A stretch of DNA of 19,038 bases from Candidatus Hermodarchaeota archaeon (GCA_016840065.1 JAEOTB010000100.1:1-19038); one strand, 5' to 3'; shown: positions 8,182 to 17,248, counted from the first letter of the stretch. The notes: generated by a model not told the origin, from the sequence alone. Numbers and translations are program-made.

Positions 8182-9933
8182 ATGGCATTTCAAACTATAC
8201 TCGCACACAAACGTCTAGTTGCCGTACTCCTCATCGCCATTATCGTACCAGCAAGTGTTGGCGGCTTCTTTTTGTTCAGCCAAATGGGCGCTCAGAGTAT
8301 GATAAATCAAACAGAAATTGAGGTCACCGAAGTCAAGATCATGGGGACATCATCCTCTACCCTAAGCCTGATGTTGACTCTTTCGGTTCTCAATCCTTCT
8401 CCTTACGTGGTAAATGTGGCTGAGGGGTCATTAGACGTGAATTATGATGGTTCCCTGCTGGGAACCATGGCCTTCCCAGGAACTACGGCAAATCCTGGTG
8501 AAAACGAACTCCAAATCGCCTGTACGTTAACGGTAGCAGCCGCGCGGCAGACTACTTTTACCCAGTTCCTTCAAGACTTCATCACCGATGCAGAACTCAC
8601 ACTGAATGTTGAAGGCTCTCTGTCACTAATGCCTGTCGGGCTAGCTATGGTTCTGGCCATGGCCCTCGACGAAACAGTGACAATGGTAGGGTTTGGAGGA
8701 CTCGCTAGAACGTGGATAACCGAGGTAGAATTCCTTAACTCCACAGTGACCACCATGGGTGTCAGAGTAGACGCGATTCTAGAAAACCCCACAGAGGTAA
8801 GCGTATCCCTCAGTGACATATCAATGGATGTCTTCTATGAAGAAAGCACGATCGGAGATTTTGTCACCGACGACTTTGACCTCGTCCCTGGCAATAACTC
8901 CATTGTAGCCGAAGGTATCCTCGATCCGGATGACGACGCCGCCCTCCAGGACCTAGCGGAATGCTTCCTTGCAGGCGTAGATTGCGACCTAGAAGTGAAT
9001 GTGACCGCGGACTCGATTGTCCCCGGACTTAGCGCTGCACTCACACTAGATGTAACAGTGGATACCGAGATGCCATCCCTAGACCTGAACCCACAAATTG
9101 TTGACTTCGCCCTCGTCGGGGCCACTGACACTGACCTACACGTCGAAGCCAACATCAGCATCACCAACCCCACGGAAATGGACATCACCCTCAACTCGTT
9201 GAATATGTCCCTCTTCTACGGAGGACATGAAATCGGCAATGCCAGCATAGGGAACACACTGATCGAACCCGGAGCCAACCTTGTTGAAGCCGACATCTAC
9301 CTCACCACTGACCATCACCAAGCATCGCTAGAAGCCCTTCTTTCAGAGTACGTCAGCGGAGCCGATGCTACAGTCGGAGTCGAGGGTGAGTTCTCAGGAG
9401 ACCTCGGACTCGTCAGCCTCACTGGAGTCGGTTTCGCCGACACTGCGACACTTGAGGGGCTCGACGAATCACTAATCAAAAGCGTTTCAATTCTCTCCAT
9501 GAGCGTAACAGTAAGTCCACCATTAACCTTCTCATGGTCGGCCACAGCACGAGTGATTGCCTATAACCCTATGCCCTTTGCGATCAACATCACCGCGCTC
9601 GAATATGATGTTCACTACGACGACGCTGATGGTGCTTCTCTTTCAATTGGAGGTATCTATACTTGGTCATTGGCTGCAGTCTATAATAGATTCTTGAAAA
9701 CCATTGACAATGACTACTCATCGAGTCCTATTGAAATCAGCGCAGAGTCGGACTCGCCAAACATTGACCAAGCGATTTCAGACACCATTGAGGAGGATGC
9801 CGTTCGGCTCTACTGTGAATACGTGGTCGACGGTGAACTAATCTGTCACGCCCGCAGCGGTTTAGTCACAATCTCGATAGGACCCTTTAGTGTCACAATC
9901 TCCTTCGAGGTAACAGACATCTCAGTGACCTAG
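8182..9933 (+). CDS. Single-pass membrane protein with about four tandem LEA_2/WHy (DUF3712-like) beta-sandwich domains
   Basis: N-terminal TM (LVAVLLIAIIVPASVGGFFLF). Recurrent motif: hydrophobic strand, NP (LNPS, ENPT, TNPT, YNPM), then x-x-Y-x-G/E-x-x-(L/I)G, then PGxN (PGEN, PGNN, PGAN). Very acidic ectodomain. Confidence 0.75.
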   Translation: MAFQTILAHKRLVAVLLIAIIVPASVGGFFLFSQMGAQSMINQTEIEVTEVKIMGTSSSTLSLMLTLSVLNPSPYVVNVAEGSLDVNYDGSLLGTMAFPGTTANPGENELQIACTLTVAAARQTTFTQFLQDFITDAELTLNVEGSLSLMPVGLAMVLAMALDETVTMVGFGGLARTWITEVEFLNSTVTTMGVRVDAILENPTEVSVSLSDISMDVFYEESTIGDFVTDDFDLVPGNNSIVAEGILDPDDDAALQDLAECFLAGVDCDLEVNVTADSIVPGLSAALTLDVTVDTEMPSLDLNPQIVDFALVGATDTDLHVEANISITNPTEMDITLNSLNMSLFYGGHEIGNASIGNTLIEPGANLVEADIYLTTDHHQASLEALLSEYVSGADATVGVEGEFSGDLGLVSLTGVGFADTATLEGLDESLIKSVSILSMSVTVSPPLTFSWSATARVIAYNPMPFAINITALEYDVHYDDADGASLSIGGIYTWSLAAVYNRFLKTIDNDYSSSPIEISAESDSPNIDQAISDTIEEDAVRLYCEYVVDGELICHARSGLVTISIGPFSVTISFEVTDISVT

Positions 9934-9954
9934 ACCCATCGATAACTCTCTTAT

Positions 9955-9996
9955 GGGAAGCCCAGCACCTGGCTGGGCACCTCCCCTCTTTTTCTT
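9955..9996 (+). terminator. Hairpin plus T-rich tract between the convergent LEA_2 and polB2 genes
   Basis: Perfect 7-bp stem GCCCAGC (9960-9966)/GCTGGGC (9972-9978), outer GGGA/TCCC pairing, followed by TCTTTTTCTT. Confidence 0.55.
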
Positions 9997-10019
9997 AATA
10001 CTCGTATCAATCAGGGAAT

Positions 10020-12218
10020 TTAAGATGAGAAGAGCAAGAGCTGGCGAGTGGGTGTGGGGGACCGGAGTCGCCGTGCAAGCCGCTGGTAATCCCAGCCAAG
10101 GGTGACGAGAAGGGTTTCAGCCGCTCGTAGCAGGAGCTCCGTGTACTTCTCTTTGTCATACTTTGCCGCCGCTGCTGAGGTGGCGAGGGCGACGCGACGG
10201 TGTGGACGGCGAGCATGGCTCCTCGTATGAACGTAGCTCACACACTGACCGGGACGAAGGTCTTGCCCCTCCTGAATAGCCATCTCTGCTGCGACGGCTT
10301 GGCTGCAGCGCTGGCGGTAGGCATCGGGGCTGCGGCTGATACGGCGCGTCACAGCAAGGTCTGCAGGATCCAAGTCTCCGCTCCGTATCCGCTCAACATA
10401 ATCTGCTATTATGAAGAGCAGCTTGGGGACAAGGCGTTGGAGCTCCTCGGCATCCTCCGCCCCCGCCATACGCGAGAGGAGGTCTAGCTGGAACTCACGA
10501 ATCAGGGGTGGGGTATCGCGTCGGCGGAGCTCAATGCCCCGCACCTTGATGGTGCCGTCCTCTTTTGCTCCGCAGTAGTGGGTTAAGGCTCCGTGAGACT
10601 GTCCCCGGCAGGGCAGGAACATAATCCAACGGTAGCGCCCTTCGAACTCGATGGGCAACCCAATCACTCTTTCGATGATTTCTGAGAGTTTCACGTATTC
10701 CTCGACTGTGGTACCCTCCCTCTGGAGCCAGAGACAATCAACGATTCCGTGCAGCACATTAAAGCCTTTCAGCTCGCAAAGCGCCTTGGTCTGCAGGAGC
10801 GTCTGCCTAGCATAGGCTGTGACACACTCATACGACTCAACCCGACCAAACCGCGCTGCCCTAAAACCTAGATAGCCGAATGAGGTAACTAAGAGCCATT
10901 TGAGGGCTTGCTGCCGTTCCTCATAGTGGGTTTCTTCGTGGCGGTGCTGCTTGTACCAGAGTCTCTTGTTGAGGAGCTGGGCTATGAAGGCGGGGACGAG
11001 GCCAAGGCGCCGACGGCAGAGCCTGTACTCAAGCTCGGGGACGATGGTGGCATCATCGGTGCAGCAGTCACAGAAGAGGCTGTCTGGAGATATGTTGTAG
11101 CGGCGGATGAGCGAGGGGTACATGGAGCTGAAATCTAGCTCTCCCACATCACTAAAGACCCCAACACGGGGGCTGAATGTGTGACCACCGCGGTCAGCAA
11201 TGAGAAGCTTGGTGCCGGTCTTGTAGCGTTCAGCTTGGGCCTTGGTTTCGGGGATGAGTACTCCGCGCTTGAAGGCCTCTCGCATCTGCAACATGTTGAT
11301 TCCGGTGCCCGGGCTGTTGCGGGCAGCGCGTTGCGGAGGGAGACTGGTTAACCGGCTGGCCTCCACCAGCCCCTCAAAGGAGCCGTAAGTCATGTGGCTG
11401 CGGTCAAGGTGCAGGCGGCCCCTAAGGCGGAACGGATGCGGACGATAAAAAACGGGGCCACCATACCTAAAGACAGCACGGCCAGAGGGAGTGGGTCGAC
11501 CTGGCTGGGCGAGAGGAGTCGAGTCCCGGCTCAGCGAGAGCTGGTGGAGGACACCGGTATTTTCAGCGCGGCTTATCAAGGTGGGGATTACTCTTTCATC
11601 CCCCTCTTCGGTGAATATGATGTCAGGGTCCTGCTCGGCGACCCAGCAAGAGAGTGTGAGGGGGTCCTCGGTTAGGAGGTTATCGCCCTCCGAGCTAGAA
11701 GCATAGAAGGTCTCTTCCCCTTCCAGGCGGAGGTCCACTGTGCGGAAGGTGGGAAGGGGGTAGTCGATTGCCCACTGGGAATCAAGAGAGTCAATGCGGG
11801 TGACTCGAAGCCCAGCAGAATCGGTGTGGACCTCCACCTGTTCGAAGGGGTAGTGACGCTGCTCAAGATACCAGAGCTGAGTGACTGGTAGATCACCATT
11901 ATAGAGATGGAATCTGGGAGCCAGGCGGGTCTTTACGTCACGGACAAGGCGGGTAAATTGAGTGCAGCTCGCAGAGGTAACAGCGAGGACCGGGCGGCGA
12001 GGACCACGCAGCCGAAGCCGGTGGAATTCTGGGACAACCTCGGTGACCAAGGGGTGGCTAGCAATTAGATTAGCGTAGTCCTCGAAGCGGACGCCCGGCG
12101 CGTGTAAGTAGAAGCGCGGCTGGTAGGGCAACTGGAGTGGGATTGTCTGGTTGGTTGTGCGGAGCCACAAGGTCAGGTGGTCCTGCTGTGGAGTCACATC
12201 CAATATCCAGCCGCGCAT
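10020..12218 (-). CDS. polB2: Family B DNA polymerase, PolB2 (Dpo2) group
   Basis: Motif A LDFSSMYPS, motif B KWLLVTSFGYLG and motif C altered to HGIVDCLW (vs YGDTDS), plus RGIELRRRDTP and KYDKEKY. The 3'-5' exonuclease motifs are degenerate. These are hallmarks of PolB2. Confidence 0.88.
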   Translation of the reverse strand: MRGWILDVTPQQDHLTLWLRTTNQTIPLQLPYQPRFYLHAPGVRFEDYANLIASHPLVTEVVPEFHRLRLRGPRRPVLAVTSASCTQFTRLVRDVKTRLAPRFHLYNGDLPVTQLWYLEQRHYPFEQVEVHTDSAGLRVTRIDSLDSQWAIDYPLPTFRTVDLRLEGEETFYASSSEGDNLLTEDPLTLSCWVAEQDPDIIFTEEGDERVIPTLISRAENTGVLHQLSLSRDSTPLAQPGRPTPSGRAVFRYGGPVFYRPHPFRLRGRLHLDRSHMTYGSFEGLVEASRLTSLPPQRAARNSPGTGINMLQMREAFKRGVLIPETKAQAERYKTGTKLLIADRGGHTFSPRVGVFSDVGELDFSSMYPSLIRRYNISPDSLFCDCCTDDATIVPELEYRLCRRRLGLVPAFIAQLLNKRLWYKQHRHEETHYEERQQALKWLLVTSFGYLGFRAARFGRVESYECVTAYARQTLLQTKALCELKGFNVLHGIVDCLWLQREGTTVEEYVKLSEIIERVIGLPIEFEGRYRWIMFLPCRGQSHGALTHYCGAKEDGTIKVRGIELRRRDTPPLIREFQLDLLSRMAGAEDAEELQRLVPKLLFIIADYVERIRSGDLDPADLAVTRRISRSPDAYRQRCSQAVAAEMAIQEGQDLRPGQCVSYVHTRSHARRPHRRVALATSAAAAKYDKEKYTELLLRAAETLLVTLGWDYQRLARRLRSPTPTRQLLLFSS

Positions 12219-12325
12219 GCTAGGTCGCTAGTGCCTCGCTCAATCATGTACTTAAAGAAGGAAAAACGGATGCAAGAGAATGCCCTGAATCAGTTCCCGC
12301 GTGGATATTTTTTGATTGGGTTAGT

Positions 12326-13048
12326 TTAGATCTCGGCGATGACAGCTGCTTCTCCGGTACCCACGGCTTCAGCTAGGATGTCCCCTTTTGGACTAATCAC
12401 GAAGGCCACACCCGTATTTTTAGCTCGGCTGCAGATCAGGTTGCAGCTCACTACGTGACATGAATGCTTACGGGCTTTAGGAAGCAGATTATCGAGTAAT
12501 CTTTGCCGTTTACGTTCTGGAGGTTCTTTGGCTAGAGAACCCGTAGGAATGAAAAACACCTGAGCGCCCTTTGACGCTTGAATTGCACTGACTTCAGGTG
12601 AACGCGACTCATAACAGATCTGAATCCCAAAAGTGATGCCATTGTATTGAAATACGCGGGTATGGTCACCTGCATGGAAGAAGGTCTTTTCTGTGTAGTA
12701 GAGTTTCGTTTTGCGATAGACCTCCATCAACCCTGTAGGGCTCACCACGACTTGGCTAATGTACAAGTGTCCATCGGCACCCTTCTCAGGGAGTCCCACC
12801 AGAAGACCTACGCCGTACCGCTCAGCAATAGCCTCGAGGGCATTAGTGACAGGTCCGGGAACGGATTGGCCTAATCGTGTGATTCGACTCCCCGCAGAAT
12901 ACCCTGTGATTGAAAGTTCAGGGAAGCAAATCAGCTGAACACCTTGGTGAGCTAGTTTTTCCGCCCAGTATTCAGTGTGAGCTAGATTCCGTTCAATATC
13001 ACCAAAGAACGAATAGAAATTAACAGCAGCTATTCTGAGGTTTTTCAT
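12326..13048 (-). CDS. Carbon-nitrogen hydrolase (nitrilase superfamily amidase)
   Basis: Glu-Lys-Cys triad motifs CFPELSITGY, YRKTKL and GIQICYE. Starts 6 nt after the pmbA stop. Confidence 0.88.
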   Translation of the reverse strand: MKNLRIAAVNFYSFFGDIERNLAHTEYWAEKLAHQGVQLICFPELSITGYSAGSRITRLGQSVPGPVTNALEAIAERYGVGLLVGLPEKGADGHLYISQVVVSPTGLMEVYRKTKLYYTEKTFFHAGDHTRVFQYNGITFGIQICYESRSPEVSAIQASKGAQVFFIPTGSLAKEPPERKRQRLLDNLLPKARKHSCHVVSCNLICSRAKNTGVAFVISPKGDILAEAVGTGEAAVIAEI

Positions 13049-13054
13049 GTTCTG

Positions 13055-14404
13055 TTAGCCTGATGTGATTTTAGCGGATTCGATGACTAGTGAGGGACTA
13101 ACAACGGATTTCAATACTCTGGTGTCTGCGCCTATGCGCTGCACCCTCTGAAGCAGGTCCCGCATATTGATTCCGATAAGTGTGTTTCTTAACGGATGCT
13201 GGATTTCTCCACCCTTAATGAAGAAACCCTCCATGACCATCGCGCTCAAATCGCCTGTTGTCATGTTGGGTCGATCACCGGTGTAGCGGCAGAGGACTCC
13301 CGTATCAATCTCAGATACTAGGTCCTCTAGTTTGCCTTTACCGGGTCTCACTACAAAGTTTGATGTTGCGATTGCAGGTAGGCTAGTATAGGAGGCACGG
13401 CTCGCGTTACCCGTGCTTTCTACACCTTCCTTGTTCGCTGAGTAGGAATTATGGAGAAAGTTCTTCAGAACACCGGAAGCGATGACAGGTGTTTTCTGGG
13501 ATGGAAATCCTTCCCCGTCGAATGGTCGGGACTTGATGCCATTAGGCATGAGGGCATTATCGGTGATTTTGAGTGCCTTAGAAGCAATAGGTTTGCCTAA
13601 CAGGCCTGTGAGATAGGAACGACCAAACTGTACCTCCTCTGCGTTCAAAGCCCCGGCAAATCCTCCTCCAAGGACCACAGCTGCAGCCAGTGGCGACAGG
13701 ATAACGGGGAACTCACCATTCTCACAGGTCTTCGTACCCAAAGCCTTGATCGTGTTCTCTGCGGCAGTCCTCCCAACCCATTCGGGGTCAATGCCCTTCA
13801 GGGCACGGGAATCCTGAAACTCGAAACTCGAGGACTGCCCATCCTCCTCCTTAACCGTCACATAAGACGAAAGGTTCACAATTGTGCTCTCTGAGGTACC
13901 TGAGACACCGAGAGAGTTTGTGATTGCACCAACACCTGAGGCGACAGTGAGTTGTGCCTCAACTATGCCTCTTCTCCCAACGACCACCTCTTTGCTGGCA
14001 TCCACGGACCTTAGAATCAGTTCTGCTGCTTCTTCAGCTGTCAGTTCTTTGATCGCTGAATCGAAAGTACCTTTGACCTTTGGATAGGTTCCGCTGAAGG
14101 AGGGAAGACTGGCAAAACTCGGGTCTGGCAAAGAAACTTTGGCCAGTTCCACAGAACTCTTCGCGGTGGCAAGGATGTCATCTTTGAGGATTGTAGTTAC
14201 ATAGGAATAGCCAACACTCTTTCCGACCACAGAACGAATCCCGCAGCCAGCATCAACCTTTTCACTGGCACTCTTGATAGCGCCCTTCTCAACTTCGATG
14301 GAGAAAACCCGAGAGGAAGCCAGGAAAGCCTCCGCCTGGTCGGCACCAAGCTTCACCGCTTCCTTAACAGCAATCTCTCCCAATTCAAGTAACTTGTCCT
14401 TCAT
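13055..14404 (-). CDS. pmbA: TldE/PmbA family protein
   Basis: GADQAEAF, GCGIR, SRPFDGEG, STGNASR and GFFIKGGEI, with no HExxxH. Start revised to ATG 14404 (MKDKLL): SD GGAGGT upstream, 1 nt after the tldD stop. The ORF-track start at 14548 lies inside tldD. Confidence 0.9.
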   Translation of the reverse strand: MKDKLLELGEIAVKEAVKLGADQAEAFLASSRVFSIEVEKGAIKSASEKVDAGCGIRSVVGKSVGYSYVTTILKDDILATAKSSVELAKVSLPDPSFASLPSFSGTYPKVKGTFDSAIKELTAEEAAELILRSVDASKEVVVGRRGIVEAQLTVASGVGAITNSLGVSGTSESTIVNLSSYVTVKEEDGQSSSFEFQDSRALKGIDPEWVGRTAAENTIKALGTKTCENGEFPVILSPLAAAVVLGGGFAGALNAEEVQFGRSYLTGLLGKPIASKALKITDNALMPNGIKSRPFDGEGFPSQKTPVIASGVLKNFLHNSYSANKEGVESTGNASRASYTSLPAIATSNFVVRPGKGKLEDLVSEIDTGVLCRYTGDRPNMTTGDLSAMVMEGFFIKGGEIQHPLRNTLIGINMRDLLQRVQRIGADTRVLKSVVSPSLVIESAKITSG

Positions 14405-14405
14405 C

Positions 14406-15791
14406 TTACATACCTCCAACTGGGACATCCCTTGCTCTGGCATGCGGACCACCCGACATGTCTGGGAGACTCTGACCAGCTTTCCCACAGGTTCCCGAGT
14501 CCATCTCGAAATCCTTGCAGATCGCATCAACCTTGGGTAGGAACTCAAGGATTAGCCCAGCAAGAGAACAGTCCCTAACCATTTGACTCTTCTCGCCTTT
14601 CTCGATTAGGTACCCATGACTAGCTTGAAACATGAACTGGCCCCGAGCACTGTTTGTGTAGCCATAATTGAACGAACATAGGAGTACACCCTCCTTAGTG
14701 TCTGCGATCAGCTCATCGAGATCCCAGTCTTGTGGCTCCATGAAGGTGTTACTCATCCTGGGGAGTGGAGGGAACCGGAAGGACTGGGCCCGTCCTGCTC
14801 CGTTAAGCTCGTACCCTAGGCGGCTGGAGGTTTCAAGGTTATGAAGCAGCTCGTTTAGGATCCCATCCTTCACGAGGTAACGTTTCCTTGCCCTTGTGCC
14901 CTCCCAGTCATATTCAAAGCTACCTCTCATTCCTTCCATGGTAGGGTCATCAACAATGCTCAGGTTCTCGGGTCCCACCGTCTTGCCAAACTTACCTTCA
15001 AGGCAAGTAGTGCCCGCCGTCCAATTGTCAGCCTCTGCAGCGTGTCCAAAGGCTTCATGGCACATCACTCCGTTGAGTATTGGGTCCATTATCACGTCAT
15101 ATTTGCCTCCCTTGATGGCAATTGAGGAGAGGAGTTCGATTGCGCGTTTTGCCGCCCTAGTTCCAAGTACTTGGCTTCGCTCTTCCTCCATGAGTTCATA
15201 GCCTCCTCTTCCACCAACGCTCAGAAAGGCTCTCTGCCGGTTGGCCCCTTCTTTGGCTGTGACAACAGAGAAAATACGGGGCACGAGGTGCACCATCCAC
15301 ACACTGGTTCCCAAGGAATTCGCAATATAGAGGTCCGTCTTGGTATCCGCATAGATTGTTCTGGTATTCACAACCCGCTTATCATGAGCGCGAGCCTGAT
15401 CGTCGATATGCTTGGTAAAGGCTATTTTCTCCTCAGCGGTCACGTCCTCCAAAGGGCGTTTAACCCTGAGCCTCACCTTGTATTCATACGAAGGAGCTTC
15501 AATGTCAAATCGTTCGGCTACCCGGTCCTTCGTTGCAAGAGCCATCTTGGCTACGGATTCAGCTGTAGTCCGCATCCCCTTCGCAGTTAGGTCAGTGGTC
15601 TGTGCAAACGCCCATGCCCCATCGACGAAGGCACGAATTCCAGCGCCTTTCGAGTGGGAACCAATTGACTGCTTAGTGATTCCATCCGTGATTTCAAAGC
15701 GGGTATCTCGGGTGTCCTCGATTCTAATATCTGCAAAACTGACACCTTGCCTGAGCGCCGCCTCGATAGCGATTCCTGCTAAATCTTCCAA
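14406..15791 (-). CDS. tldD: TldD family metalloprotease
   Basis: FADIR, GAGIRAF, metal motif HEAFGHAAEAD, DDPT...YDWEG, PRMSNT and C-terminal CGKAGQ...GGP. TTG start preceded by GGTGAG. Confidence 0.92.
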   Translation of the reverse strand: MEDLAGIAIEAALRQGVSFADIRIEDTRDTRFEITDGITKQSIGSHSKGAGIRAFVDGAWAFAQTTDLTAKGMRTTAESVAKMALATKDRVAERFDIEAPSYEYKVRLRVKRPLEDVTAEEKIAFTKHIDDQARAHDKRVVNTRTIYADTKTDLYIANSLGTSVWMVHLVPRIFSVVTAKEGANRQRAFLSVGGRGGYELMEEERSQVLGTRAAKRAIELLSSIAIKGGKYDVIMDPILNGVMCHEAFGHAAEADNWTAGTTCLEGKFGKTVGPENLSIVDDPTMEGMRGSFEYDWEGTRARKRYLVKDGILNELLHNLETSSRLGYELNGAGRAQSFRFPPLPRMSNTFMEPQDWDLDELIADTKEGVLLCSFNYGYTNSARGQFMFQASHGYLIEKGEKSQMVRDCSLAGLILEFLPKVDAICKDFEMDSGTCGKAGQSLPDMSGGPHARARDVPVGGM

Positions 15792-15811
15792 ATCATACTC
15801 ACCTGTCCATT

Positions 15812-16216
15812 CTAACTATCCTCTTCTTCTGGCTGTTCTTCAGTCCTTCCATACATCCTCTGCATCAGGGCACGCTGCTCTTCCCTCTTCCGTTTAAGTC
15901 GGCTGTCAATCTCTCTCCTGAGGAAAACATCGGTAGTGAAGTAGGCGATGGCAAATACGCAGCCAAAACCGATAACAACATACAGAAGGATAACACCGAG
16001 TAACCAGGCAGACCAGGCGATACCCCCTAGCCCAATACTTCGCCAATAGGTGCTGATAACAAGAAACAAAGCGCCGACGATAATCATCGCGGAGAAGAAC
16101 AAGATGATATCCCGTTTCCGTGGGTTCCAGGGATCAGCATCCCGTGTATCACTGCTACTATACCGCCGCCTGGAATACGTTTGTGTCTTCTGAAATGATA
16201 CTTGCATCTGGTCCAC
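15812..16216 (-). CDS. Hypothetical 2-TM membrane protein with Arg-rich N-terminus and charged C-terminal helix (RING-less, adjacent to the RING array)
   Basis: Two clear hydrophobic helices. Ends 20 nt before tldD. CTTAAA TATA-like element about 31-36 nt upstream of GTG 16216. Confidence 0.7.
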   Translation of the reverse strand: MDQMQVSFQKTQTYSRRRYSSSDTRDADPWNPRKRDIILFFSAMIIVGALFLVISTYWRSIGLGGIAWSAWLLGVILLYVVIGFGCVFAIAYFTTDVFLRREIDSRLKRKREEQRALMQRMYGRTEEQPEEEDS

Positions 16217-16332
16217 GCCCTAGTAACTACATCGGAACAACATCGGTTTAAGGGATAACTCTTATGGAAGAGGTAAAAGAGAGTTTAGCACAGCACCTTT
16301 CTCTTATACTCCTAGATGCGGAAATTCTTACT

Positions 16333-16776
16333 TCAGACTCCACGTAGCTTTCGACGACACATGGGGCAAACCCCCTTTGACTTAAGCCACTCCTCCAAAT
16401 GACTCCTATGAGCCTGTCCTCCACAATGGGGGCAAGATAGGATTAGTTCATCAGCATCAATCAGCCGAGCGCAAACCATGCAGGAACCTCCTCTACCACT
16501 ACTGACGGCTGGAACCGCCTTGGGCGAAAACAACCTCAAGGGCTCCACTCCCCCTTGTCCCCGCCCAACGAATATGTAACAAACTAATGAAACGAAAAAA
16601 GGAACCGCTGCCCCAACCAAGGCGACGAATAGCTGGAGTAAATCGATGCTTTTCGCAAGCATCAGATACAAGGCTGAAACAAAGATGAGGATCCAAATAA
16701 ACACTGACAAGCAAAGACAAACCGGAATCAAACTATTGATACCAGCATAATTAGCCCGCGGTTCTCGTCTTACCAT
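16333..16776 (-). CDS. 2-TM membrane protein with C-terminal RING-type zinc finger (putative E3 ligase)
   Basis: CMVC-x12-CPHC-x4-H-x2-H-LEEWL-x5-CPMCR. Two N-terminal TMs, SD GGGTGA and an upstream BRE/TATA GAAAGTATTTAA. Confidence 0.85.
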   Translation of the reverse strand: MVRREPRANYAGINSLIPVCLCLSVFIWILIFVSALYLMLAKSIDLLQLFVALVGAAVPFFVSLVCYIFVGRGQGGVEPLRLFSPKAVPAVSSGRGGSCMVCARLIDADELILSCPHCGGQAHRSHLEEWLKSKGVCPMCRRKLRGV

Positions 16777-16806
16777 CGTGATTCACCCTACCTGGAAAAG
16801 ACGTGG

Positions 16807-16818
16807 TTAAATACTTTC
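16807..16818 (-). promoter_or_regulatory. BRE/TATA-like promoter of the RING gene 16333-16776
   Basis: GAAAG-TATTTAA on the minus strand, about 31-42 nt upstream of ATG 16776. Confidence 0.5.
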
Positions 16819-16849
16819 ATAGAAACACCAGCTGAGAAGACACTCAGGG

Positions 16850-17248
16850 TTATTCAATCAGTGTACCCCGGCACATCGGGCATGCCATCTTTTTCTTAAG
16901 CCAGTTTAAGAGGTGGTTTTTGTGGGCTTGGCTCCGACAGTACGGACAGACTAAGATTGGCTCGCCCTCTTTCACAGTGCGGCGGCACACCATGTAGGGT
17001 TCAGGCTGCGCCGGTCGGGACTCTCGCCATTACTCGGTTGACTTCATATAGGCTGTTGTAATAAGAACTACAACAACCAAAGTGATGCTCCCTCCTATGA
17101 CCAATAGAAAATTATCACTAAAAAAGCCAATGAACAAGATCACCATGAGTATTGAAAACAACGTACAAAGCACCACAAATTCACATGGTGTGATTTTTCT
17201 ATTCGTTCCTCGCCACGTTCCTAGCCCCAAAATCTTCCAACCTAACAT
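16850..17248 (-). pseudogene. Disrupted TM-RING paralogue (in-frame TAA at 17032-17030, first Zn-ligand Cys changed to Tyr)
   Basis: The 2-TM ORF 17248-17030 continues in frame after TAA as WRESRPAQPEPYMVCRRTVKEGEPILVCPYCRSQAHKNHLLNWLKKKMACPMCRGTLIE*, with the stop at 16852-16850. TAC (16996-16994) replaces the TGC of the paralogues. Confidence 0.8.

Noticed and set aside
10020-12218. Casposon, pipolin or viral polymerase
   Set aside because: The motifs match cellular PolB2. No cas1, integrase, terminal repeats or capsid genes flank it.
14405-14548. N-terminal extension of PmbA in the ORF track
   Set aside because: It overlaps the conserved tldD C-terminus. ATG 14404 has a strong SD and gives a normal PmbA N-terminus.
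2921-15897. Numerous other short alternative-frame and antisense ORFs in the track (for example 2921-3355, 8835-9194, 15171-15590, 15412-15897)
   Set aside because: They overlap well-supported genes almost entirely and show no recognisable motifs.
17030-17032. Selenocysteine or pyrrolysine recoding of the in-frame stop
   Set aside because: The stop is TAA, not TGA or TAG. It lies in a linker, and the downstream RING has an independent inactivating change.
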